Assembly: GCA_934647945.1 (NCBI GenBank)
Contig: CAKUFK010000019.1
Span: 1-32,000 of the forward strand
Direction: 5' to 3'
Origin: an uncultured Eubacteriales bacterium
Lineage (GTDB): Bacteria; Bacillota; Clostridia; Oscillospirales; Acutalibacteraceae
Length of the DNA: 32,000 nt
Within the stretch, counting starts at the first letter, position 1; each line of letters starts with the position of its first letter. Positions 23,601-30,872 of the stretch are shown here, in pieces. A program made the translations under genes and the position numbers. The notes under the pieces were generated by a model that was given only the letters and a program-made list of their open reading frames with translations, was not told the origin of the DNA and did no database searches.

Positions 23601-23645
23601 CAAACGGGATGTCCGTCAGCACGGACATCCCGTTTGATTTTTATC
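23601..23645 (+). terminator. Intrinsic terminator about 60-100 nt downstream of the consensus promoter and upstream of araC
   Basis: 16-bp stem CAAACGGGATGTCCGT / ACGGACATCCCGTTTG with a CAGC loop, followed by ATTTTTAT. Confidence 0.7.
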
Positions 23646-23697
23646 TTTCCGCCTTCCGCCCACACGGCGATCGCTGGAAAAGGAGTGGGGCCTGGAT

Positions 23698-24516
23698 ATG
23701 GACAACAATATCTGTAAATTCGTGCCGACGCGGAGCAGCGGCGATCAGATCAACACCGTCAATTTCGTGTATGAAACCATCATCCCGCAGCGCAACCAGT
23801 TCATCACCAAATCCACCTACATGATCTATCTGGTCACCGAGGGCCGGGGTACGCTCTGCCATACCCAGAAAAGCGTGGAAATCCGGAAGGGGGATCTGTT
23901 CTTCACCTTCCCGTCCACCCCCTTTGCCATCGAGGTGAGCGACAGCAATCTCAAGTATATTTACATCTCGTTTTTGGGGATCCGGGCGGGACGCATTTTG
24001 GAGGAAATGAAGATCGGGTCGGGAAACTGCGTGTTCCGTCACTACGATTTCCTGGAGGAATTCTGGACAGGGGCCTTGGATATCGCCACCCAGTACAACC
24101 TGGATATGCTGTCCGAATCGGTGCTGCTCTACACCCTGTCCGTACTGTCGGGCAACACCCTCAAGGAAGAAAAGCTCTCCCGCAATGCAGATAATATCCT
24201 CCAGATCAAGAAATATATCGACGACCACTACACCCTTCCCGACCTATCCCTGGAAACCATCTGCGCCCAGTATCAATACAACCGCAAATACCTGTCGGGC
24301 GCCCTTAAAAAGGTGCTGCACGTGGGCTTTTCCGAATACCTGCGCACCCTGCGCATCCAGCACGCCTGTATGCTCATCAACGAGGGGCTCTCCAACATCA
24401 AGGACATCGCGACCTTGTCCGGCTATCGCGATCCCCTGTATTTTTCGAAGGTGTTCAAAAACGCGATGATGCTCTCCCCCAAGGAATACATTTCCTCCGT
24501 CCGGGCCGGGCGGTGA
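23698..24516 (+). CDS. AraC-family transcriptional regulator
   Basis: The C-terminal region (IKKYIDDHYTLPDLSLETICAQYQYNRKYLSGALKK..FSEYLRTLRIQHACMLI..IKDIATLSGYRDPLYFSKVFK) is the AraC double HTH, and the N-terminus is cupin-like. AAAGGAG RBS. The gene is divergent from the sugar locus. Confidence 0.9.
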   Translation: MDNNICKFVPTRSSGDQINTVNFVYETIIPQRNQFITKSTYMIYLVTEGRGTLCHTQKSVEIRKGDLFFTFPSTPFAIEVSDSNLKYIYISFLGIRAGRILEEMKIGSGNCVFRHYDFLEEFWTGALDIATQYNLDMLSESVLLYTLSVLSGNTLKEEKLSRNADNILQIKKYIDDHYTLPDLSLETICAQYQYNRKYLSGALKKVLHVGFSEYLRTLRIQHACMLINEGLSNIKDIATLSGYRDPLYFSKVFKNAMMLSPKEYISSVRAGR

Positions 24517-24532
24517 CAGGGGCGGGGGCGGA

Positions 24533-24778
24533 TCAAGCGTCTTCTCTCTGCCGCTCTTTTTCCTGCAGCAGGTTTTCGATATGGGTGCAGACGAAATCCA
24601 GGGGGCTGAAATTCGCCTTCACAAGGTACGTCTCCTCGATCCGGATATCGAACCGGTTTTCCAGCTCGATAACAAACTCGACAAAAGCCAGGGAATCCAG
24701 CTCCGCCTCAAAATGTTCCGGATCCCCGACCCCCTGCTTTTCCAGAATTTCTATAACCGAGCGTTTCACGGATTCCAT
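24533..24778 (-). CDS. Orphan acyl/D-alanyl carrier protein-like protein (81 aa)
   Basis: Internal ATG at 24778 after GAGGAGG. ELDSLAFVEFVIELENRFDIRI contains the DSL phosphopantetheine-attachment motif and resembles the LDSFGTVELLLAIENRFDI region of DltC. Confidence 0.7.
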   Translation of the reverse strand: MESVKRSVIEILEKQGVGDPEHFEAELDSLAFVEFVIELENRFDIRIEETYLVKANFSPLDFVCTHIENLLQEKERQREDA

Positions 24779-24880
24779 GGCACGCGTTACCTCCTCGTCC
24801 GAATGGGCGGATCCTGCTCCGCCCGCGTTGACCAATGGTCTTTGTGGTTTCAGCTTTTTATGGTATGGGTTTGTGGCCAG

Positions 24881-25557
24881 CCCCATCCTCTGGGGCCGCG
24901 GCCTCTTTCTGTATAAAGGCCGGTTCGGGTGTCGGCCTACCCGCCGGCTTTCCTGAAAAGAAAACCGGCGGGAATGTTGACTCTTGAACCAACGCTATAC
25001 AAGGAGGGGGCCTGGGGCCCCCGGGGTAGGGTGGGTGCGAGACTGAAAAAATACAGCAACCCCATCCCCTGGGGCCGCAACCCCTTTCTGTATAGAGGCC
25101 GGTTCGGGTGTCGGCGTCCGAGTCGATTTTCATAGAGAGAACCTCGGGCCGGCCCCTGAAAGACACTCTAAACCGGCGGGCATTGGGGCCGGTCACCCGC
25201 CATTGTGGTGTCCCACAATGGCCCTAAAAATCAAAACCATCCGGGGCTCCAAGGAAACTCCCCTTGGCACGTCTTTGCCTACTTTCTTCGTGTGAAGAAA
25301 GTAGGTGGCCCTCAGGCCAGACCTGAAAAAGACGAGCATTGTGGTTTGTCCGCGCATAAAAACGCAGTCCTTCTAAAAAGGAGATCGGTTGCGCGGCCAC
25401 GTCCTTTCTCCGCGTGGAGAAAGGACGCAAAGAGACGCTTAGGGGGTGCCCCCCTAAGCACCCCGGATGGTCGGCCGGTTTTCTTTTCAGGAAAACCGGC
25501 GGGGATGTTGACTCTTGAACCAACGCTATACAAGGAGGGGGCCCGGGGCCCCCGGGG
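24881..25557. repeat. Non-coding mosaic array A of palindromic repeat modules
   Basis: Internal direct repeats: 24881-24936 vs 25060-25115 (about 5 mismatches in 56), and 24944-25026 vs 25475-25557 (the 58-nt core differs at 2 positions). It contains at least 8 separate hairpin units, e.g. CCATTGTGG-TGT-CCCACAATGG, CCTACTTTCTTC-GTGT-GAAGAAAGTAGG and GTCCTTTCTCC-GCG-TGGAGAAAGGAC. Confidence 0.85.
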
Positions 25558-25585
25558 AGTCTAGAGGGCACAATTTTATATGCCT

Positions 25586-26230
25586 TTAAAATCTCTGTAC
25601 GGAGGATTGTTTCCCTTGTTTTCCACCGAGACACAATCTACCCTGTAATACAATACGGCCCGCATCCTTGCTTCGGGCTAAAAATTCCCGCACCGCCTGT
25701 TTTTTCCGGGAGCGGTAGGGCCGCAGGCTGGCTGATACCCCTACGGCGTCGATGCCCGCGTTTTCTGCGAGATAAAGGGCACGGTAGAGGTGATACTCCT
25801 GGGTGACGATCACGAGGGTGCCGGTACCGAAAACCGTCCGGGCCCTCCGGACGGAAGCAGCGGTGGATACCCCCCGGCGATCCAAGAGGAGGGCCTCTTC
25901 CGGAACGCCCGCCCGCAGAACGGCGCGGCGCATGGCCGCCGGCTCGTCGTATCCCGGCCGGCCGTCGCCGCTGAGCAGCAGCTTCCGGCCGGCACCGCGG
26001 CGATAAAGCGCGATTGCCACCTCCACGCGGTCGGCCAGCATATCGGACATCCGGCCGTCCGGTTCCACACCGGCGCCCAATACCAGGATCGCGTCGGCGG
26101 ACCGGCCATCCAGATCGGAGAGCCTTCGAACAGCAGGGGCCGTCCGGGCAACCACGCAGGCGTTGAGTGCCGCGGCACCCCCTCCCAGGGCGGCGCCGGC
26201 GGCAAAAAGCGCTTTGGTTAGGAATTTCAT
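25586..26230 (-). CDS. SanA/YdcF (DUF218) family membrane-anchored protein
   Basis: N-terminal TM (MKFLTKALFAAGAALGGGAAAL), then ADAILVLGAGV..DRV..A..LY..G...LLLSGDG, YDEPAAM and LVIVTQEYHLYRALY match the SanA pattern. GGAAAGGGG RBS. Confidence 0.8.
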   Translation of the reverse strand: MKFLTKALFAAGAALGGGAAALNACVVARTAPAVRRLSDLDGRSADAILVLGAGVEPDGRMSDMLADRVEVAIALYRRGAGRKLLLSGDGRPGYDEPAAMRRAVLRAGVPEEALLLDRRGVSTAASVRRARTVFGTGTLVIVTQEYHLYRALYLAENAGIDAVGVSASLRPYRSRKKQAVREFLARSKDAGRIVLQGRLCLGGKQGKQSSVQRF

Positions 26231-26503
26231 CAGGTGAGCCCCTTTCCTGTGCGGCAGCAGCGCGGTTTATCCCACTGCCGGATGCCCCCATTCCTTTCAT
26301 CCTGAGCGGGCGGCAATCCTTCGGCCACTAGGGCGCGGCCCTGCAGAATCAGGGCCAAAAAAGGGGAATACCGGCTCCCGATACGATCAGCAGGATCTGT
26401 ACCGGCGGACAGGTCCGCCAGGAATGGGACGGCGGGAGATGGATGGGGGCATATGGATATCCTCTCTCCGGGGCCTGCTGAAAATTCAAGCTCTAACTTA
26501 TTT

Positions 26504-26533
26504 ATTTTACCATATCCGGATCCATTTTACCAT
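26504..26533. repeat. 10-bp direct repeat ATTTTACCAT x2 flanking the palindrome ATCCGGAT
   Basis: Copies at 26504-26513 and 26524-26533, a 20-bp period. On the minus strand each reads ATGGTAAAAT, which resembles an extended -10. The repeat lies between the hydrolase stop and the SanA gene. Confidence 0.4.
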
Positions 26534-26540
26534 GTCTGCC

Positions 26541-27347
26541 CTACCGTTTTAGGAATTCCAGAAAGCTGTGGTTGAACGCCGCCCGCTCGTCGTATATCAG
26601 GCCGTGGCCGCTGGAGGGAAGGGTATAGAGGCAGGCGCCCGGGATGCCGCGGCGCAGGAAATCGTTGAGGGCGTCGGGAACGAGGGCGTCCTGTCCTCCC
26701 GCGAAGACCGCGGCGGGCACATGCACAAAGGCGAGGTCCTCCCGGCCATCCTCGTCCCGGTAGGTGTAGCCGCTCTGGATGGTAGCCGTTGAGGAGGCGG
26801 AGAGCACCACGTCCCGGAACCAGTGGAGGGCGGCCTCGCTGTGTTCGTTGGCGAACAGGAGACGGGTGAACAGATCCGCAAACTGCGGCCGGTCGGCCAT
26901 GGCCAGGCGGATAAGTTCGGTTGCGCTCTGGCGCGGCAGGCCGTAGGGAAATCCGGGTCGTTCGGTCCAACAAGGCGCGCCCGCGGCGAGCAGCACCAGT
27001 TTTTTGACCCCGCCTCCGGGATGCCGCCGTATGTATCGCAGCGCCACGCCGCCGCCCATGCCGTACCCCACCAGAATGATGCCGCACAGGTGCAGTGTCT
27101 GGATGACATTGTGCAGATCCTCCGCCATATCGTTGTAGGTGTAGCCGACCGCCGGGACGTCAGATTTTCCAAAGCCGCGCAGGTCCACCAGGACAGGGCG
27201 GTATCCCGATTGGATCAGCAGATCGGTCTGATATTCGAACAGGTCATGGGTCATAGGCCACCCATGGAGGAGCAGGACGGGTTCCCGGCCATGGGGATTC
27301 GGGTCATAGACGGCGATCTTGACACCGCGGGAGCATACGTAAAACAT
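26541..27347 (-). CDS. Alpha/beta hydrolase (non-haem haloperoxidase/aryl-esterase subfamily) with Gly at the nucleophile position
   Basis: Aligns by eye along its full length with Pseudomonas fluorescens aryl esterase as I remember it (HGW..D.WEYQ, RGFG.SD, LVGFSMGGG..ARYI.RH, ..GD.D.IVP, ..HG.., FLKR). Here the nucleophile elbow reads LVGYGMGGG. GAGGTGA RBS. Confidence 0.85.
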   Translation of the reverse strand: MFYVCSRGVKIAVYDPNPHGREPVLLLHGWPMTHDLFEYQTDLLIQSGYRPVLVDLRGFGKSDVPAVGYTYNDMAEDLHNVIQTLHLCGIILVGYGMGGGVALRYIRRHPGGGVKKLVLLAAGAPCWTERPGFPYGLPRQSATELIRLAMADRPQFADLFTRLLFANEHSEAALHWFRDVVLSASSTATIQSGYTYRDEDGREDLAFVHVPAAVFAGGQDALVPDALNDFLRRGIPGACLYTLPSSGHGLIYDERAAFNHSFLEFLKR

Positions 27348-27446
27348 CTGTCATCACCTCATGAACAGGGTATGCGGAAGATAGAGGCTTTGACAGTTTT
27401 GGACAGGCAAAATCTCAAATCCGGCCGGTTTACGGGCGGATTTCGT

Positions 27447-28094
27447 TCAAACCGGCGGCCCGTCGTGATAAAACAGGTAATCGCCGCCGATGAAATCCTC
27501 CAGGATTTCATCGAACTGTGTAAATGAAACGAAAGCGTTGTTGAGGCGCTTAATCAGGTTTTCCACGACCACGCGGTTGGTGGAGAGCTCGGGGATATGC
27601 CGCTGACGGACGGTGCCGTCAAGCCGATGCTGGGTGGCCCGGATGCCGTAGACCTGCACCCGGTGCCGGTCCATCAGGCGGTGGGAGGAGGTCATGGCAT
27701 AGGTGGTGAAAGGCACCGTTCGGAGCATACGGTCCCGCAGCAGGACGGCGTACGCGTCGTCCGGCTCTGCCTGATTGACCACCATATTCAGTACCTTGAG
27801 AATAACCAGGGACATATGCCGCTGGGTCGGGTCAAGGGTGCTTAGTTCGACATCCGGGATATAGTCCCGCAGACGGTCCGGCTGGTCGGACTGGAACAGG
27901 AGCGCGGGCTCCACCTGCAGGCCCCGGGCGATCCGCAGGATGTTATCGATAGTCGCGTTGACAGATCCCCGTTCCACCCGGCCTATGTATGAGGGGTCCT
28001 TACCGATCTGGTGGGCGAGTTCTTCCTGGGTGAGATGTAGGAGCTCCCGCTGTTTCCGGATATTGTCGCCGATCAACCGTCTGTAAGCTTCCAT
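27447..28094 (-). CDS. XRE-family HTH regulator fused to an unrecognised ~140-aa C-terminal domain
   Basis: Internal ATG at 28094 after AGGAAAGGAG. IRKQRELLHLTQEELAHQIGKDPSYIGRVERGSVNATIDNILRIARGL is an HTH_3 domain. I did not recognise the remainder. Confidence 0.8.
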   Translation of the reverse strand: MEAYRRLIGDNIRKQRELLHLTQEELAHQIGKDPSYIGRVERGSVNATIDNILRIARGLQVEPALLFQSDQPDRLRDYIPDVELSTLDPTQRHMSLVILKVLNMVVNQAEPDDAYAVLLRDRMLRTVPFTTYAMTSSHRLMDRHRVQVYGIRATQHRLDGTVRQRHIPELSTNRVVVENLIKRLNNAFVSFTQFDEILEDFIGGDYLFYHDGPPV

Positions 28095-28324
28095 AATACG
28101 GCTCCTTTCCTCTGATGCGGACATTTTACACCAGAATCCGCGGGAGCGCAAAGCCGTTTACGGCCTTTTTTCAACAATTTATGTGAATTTTTCCGACAAT
28201 GCGCGAGGTCTTTGCCGGGGCCGCAGCGTCCGATGGCGAGGAGGCAAAATGAAGCGGCGTTGACAAATTGGAGAGAGCTGCAGTACTCTAAATTCAAACG
28301 AACAGTTAGATTTGTAACCAGTGC

Positions 28325-29047
28325 AATCCCCGGGGCCCTTGGGTCCTCAAGGATGGGGCAGGCCACAAACCATGATTTTATAGCCTCCAAGCCCTCGGGG
28401 CGGCAGCCCCTTTATGTATGGCGTTGATTCAAAAGATTCCGTACCCGCCGACTTTCCTAAAAAGAACTCCGGCCTCGCCCCTGAAGGGCTCTCTATACTG
28501 GCGGGCACTGGGGCCGGTCACCGGCCATTGTGGTGTCCCACAATGGTCCTAAAAATCAAAATACCTGGGGGTGCCAAGGGGGCTCCCCCTTGGCGCCTCT
28601 TTCCCCGTTCCTACTCGATTAGCCTAGGGCAAATGCGGAAGCATTTGCGAGGGCCGGGGCAGGCCACGTATGATTTCGACGGCGTTCGACCCGGCCTTCT
28701 TGTCGACAAGAAAGAGGGTGCCGAAGCACAGATCGTGCTTTATGGCATGAGCGCGTTTAAAATATAGTCGCATCGTGTAAGCGGGCAGATCGCCATACCC
28801 GTCTTTTTCAGGTTTGGCCTGAGGGCCACCTTCTTTCTTCGCACGAAGAAAGAAGGCAAAGACGTGCCAAGGGGTTACCCCTTGGAGCCCCGGGTGACTA
28901 GCCGGTTTTCTCTTAACGAAAACCGGCAATAGCCTCACCACCCGATCCCACTATATACAGGAAGGGGCTGCGGCCCCAGGGCTTGGGGTTGCTGTCTTTT
29001 TTCGGCCCCGCGCCCAATCGAGCCCCGGGGGCCTCGGGCCCCGGGAG
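28325..29047. repeat. Non-coding mosaic array B of palindromic repeat modules, sharing modules with array A
   Basis: 28481-28561 is a direct copy of 25156-25236 (8 mismatches in 81 by hand alignment). 28801-28893 is an inverted copy of 25241-25333. 28897-29047 is an inverted, diverged copy of the 25005-25115 unit plus its continuation in unit copy a (24937-24970). There are additional unique hairpins, e.g. GCCAAGGGGG-CT-CCCCCTTGGC, GCAAATGC-GGAA-GCATTTGC and TTCTTGTCGACAAGAA. Confidence 0.85.
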
Positions 29048-29099
29048 TTTGGGTGGTCATCATTTTATGCATACGTTCCCAACCGGTCCGGGATGCCCG

Positions 29100-30830
29100 C
29101 TATGGCATGGGGAACCTCACGGTGAAGGTGGTGCCCACCCCCACTTCGCTCGCCACGCCGACGTCCCCGCCATACAGGCCGACGATATGCTTGACGATGG
29201 ACAGCCCCAGTCCGGTGCCGCCGAGCTCCCGGCTCCGTCCCTTGTCCACCCGGTAAAACCGCTCAAAAATCCGATCCTGATGCTCCGGCGGAATACCGAT
29301 GCCGGTATCGTGGACCCGGATGACCAATGTCCCCCGCTCGGTGGCGGCACTGACGTTCAAGGCCCCGCCCTCCCGATTGTATTTGACCCCGTTTTCCATC
29401 AGGTTCTTCATCAGCTGGTACAGCCGGCGTGGATGGGCACGCACCCCGAGTTCCGGCGGAACAAAGATATGCAGGCGGATTCCCCTCGCTTCCGCCTCGG
29501 GCCGGAGGGATTCGGCCACCCGTTCCACCGTCTCGGCAAGGGAGGCAAGAGGCACATCCGGCTCCGATCCCCTATTTTCGATTTCAGAGAGCTGGAGCAG
29601 ATCGTCGGTCAGTTTCTGCAATCGCTCCGCTTCGATCTCGATGATCTCATAGAAGGAACGGGCGGTTTCCGGATCCCGCTCCCCCGATTTCAACAGTTCG
29701 ATATACCCCCGGATGGAGGTCAGGGGTGTCTTGAGCTCGTGGGTGACATTGGCGACGAAATCGCTGCGCATCTGCTCAAGCTTGCGCAGGCGGGTCACAT
29801 CCGACAACACGGCGAGGGCTCCGCCTTCGGGATCCCCGCTGACCCGGGCCGCATAGACCTGGACGACCCGTTCCTCCGGCGCAAGGGCGAGGGTTTCACG
29901 GACAGGGCCGCCCTCCCGCATCACCCGGTCCAGGATTTCCCCGACGGCGAGGTAATGTGCGCCGCATTCGCCCAGACGGCGGACGGTGGCCGGGCAGTCT
30001 CCCAGAAGCTCCCTGGCCCGATGGGTCATCAGCAGGATCCGACCCCCGGCGTCCACAGCCAGCACGCCGTCGTCCATCCCCTGCAGGATCCCGGCCAGAC
30101 GGTCGTTCGTCTGTTCCAGCTCCGCGCGGGCGGCAGCCAGACGGTCGGACATGGTGTTGAAAGCGCCTGCCAGTTCTCCCATCTCATCCGGCGCTCCCTC
30201 CACCTTGACCGGGGTATCTCCCTCGGCCATGGCCCGGGCCGCGCCCGTCAGAGACTGAAGGGGTTCTACCACCCGCCCGGCAGCATAATGGGCGCTGATT
30301 AGGGCGGCTACCAGCCCCATGAAGATTCCCACGCCGCCGCACAGCCACAGGGTGCCCTGCACCTGATTGGTTCCGCCCAGAGAGACGCTCGCCCGGTATA
30401 TCCGCACCACACCGTCCTCTCCGGCGATCCGACGGGCCATATACATCTGCCGGCCGCCGGTGGTGGTGCTCTGCCGGACATCCTCACCGGCGCCCGACAT
30501 CACCGCCGCCCGGATCTCGGGCCGGTCTGCATGGTTCTCCATCTCGCCGGCATCCGCCGCACTGTCTGCCAGCACGCGTCCCTGCCCGTCGAGCACCGTC
30601 AGACGGACGGGCGCCTCCTCTTCAGCGAGACGGCTGCTCAAGCGGGCGATGGTCTCCGGCAGCGCCTCATCCGGCGTCTCCATTTCGCCGGTCAGGGCAA
30701 GCACGGCAGTCAGCCGCTCCCGAATCTCATCGGTATACACCTGCTGCATCAGCGGCACGGCGAACAGAAACGCGATGAGCAGCCCTGCGATGATGGACAC
30801 TGTGGCCGCCCGGAAAAACCGTTTTCTCAT
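29100..30830 (-). CDS. Sensor histidine kinase, PhoR-like (2 TM, HAMP, PAS, HisKA, HATPase_c)
   Basis: SDFVANVTHELKTPLTSIRGYIELL is the H-box. NLMENGVKYN, DTGIGIP and GGTGLGLSIVKHIV are the N, G1 and G2 boxes. The gene is in an operon-like arrangement with a response regulator and phoU. Confidence 0.9.
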   Translation of the reverse strand: MRKRFFRAATVSIIAGLLIAFLFAVPLMQQVYTDEIRERLTAVLALTGEMETPDEALPETIARLSSRLAEEEAPVRLTVLDGQGRVLADSAADAGEMENHADRPEIRAAVMSGAGEDVRQSTTTGGRQMYMARRIAGEDGVVRIYRASVSLGGTNQVQGTLWLCGGVGIFMGLVAALISAHYAAGRVVEPLQSLTGAARAMAEGDTPVKVEGAPDEMGELAGAFNTMSDRLAAARAELEQTNDRLAGILQGMDDGVLAVDAGGRILLMTHRARELLGDCPATVRRLGECGAHYLAVGEILDRVMREGGPVRETLALAPEERVVQVYAARVSGDPEGGALAVLSDVTRLRKLEQMRSDFVANVTHELKTPLTSIRGYIELLKSGERDPETARSFYEIIEIEAERLQKLTDDLLQLSEIENRGSEPDVPLASLAETVERVAESLRPEAEARGIRLHIFVPPELGVRAHPRRLYQLMKNLMENGVKYNREGGALNVSAATERGTLVIRVHDTGIGIPPEHQDRIFERFYRVDKGRSRELGGTGLGLSIVKHIVGLYGGDVGVASEVGVGTTFTVRFPMP

Positions 30831-30872
30831 CTCTCCCGCCCCCTTTCCCAGCCGGACGGCTGGGGACTGCGT

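Noticed and set aside
23543-23824. 93-aa ORF starting just after the consensus promoter (a possible leader peptide or small protein)
   Set aside because: The GGAG is only 1 nt from the ATG. The ORF runs through the terminator hairpin and overlaps the araC start out of frame, and its composition is not protein-like.
25101-25116. GGTTCGGGTGTCGGC (also at 24922-24936), superficially like a tRNA T-arm
   Set aside because: It has no flanking acceptor, D or anticodon stems and no GTTCRANYC consensus. It is part of repeat module 1.
24858-25634. ORFs of 68-136 aa inside repeat array A (24858-25196, 24929-25135, 25205-25564, 25224-25634, 25312-25533), and likewise 28212-28941 in array B
   Set aside because: They read straight through palindromic modules, so both strands give ORFs. 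They lack RBSs, and their peptides simply mirror the repeats. I treat them as non-coding.
28260-28289. Plus-strand TTGACA-N18-TACTCT promoter-like element pointing into array B
   Set aside because: The -10 matches only 3 of 6 positions and the spacer is 18 nt. There is no downstream plus-strand gene. It could drive an array transcript, but the evidence is too weak to call.
24881-29047. Possible CRISPR array or integron attC cassette array
   Set aside because: The repeats are not a single unit at regular spacing with unique spacers, they occur in both orientations, and each is itself a hairpin mosaic. No cas or intI gene is present, and I saw no RYYYAAC/GTTRRRY attC core pairs.
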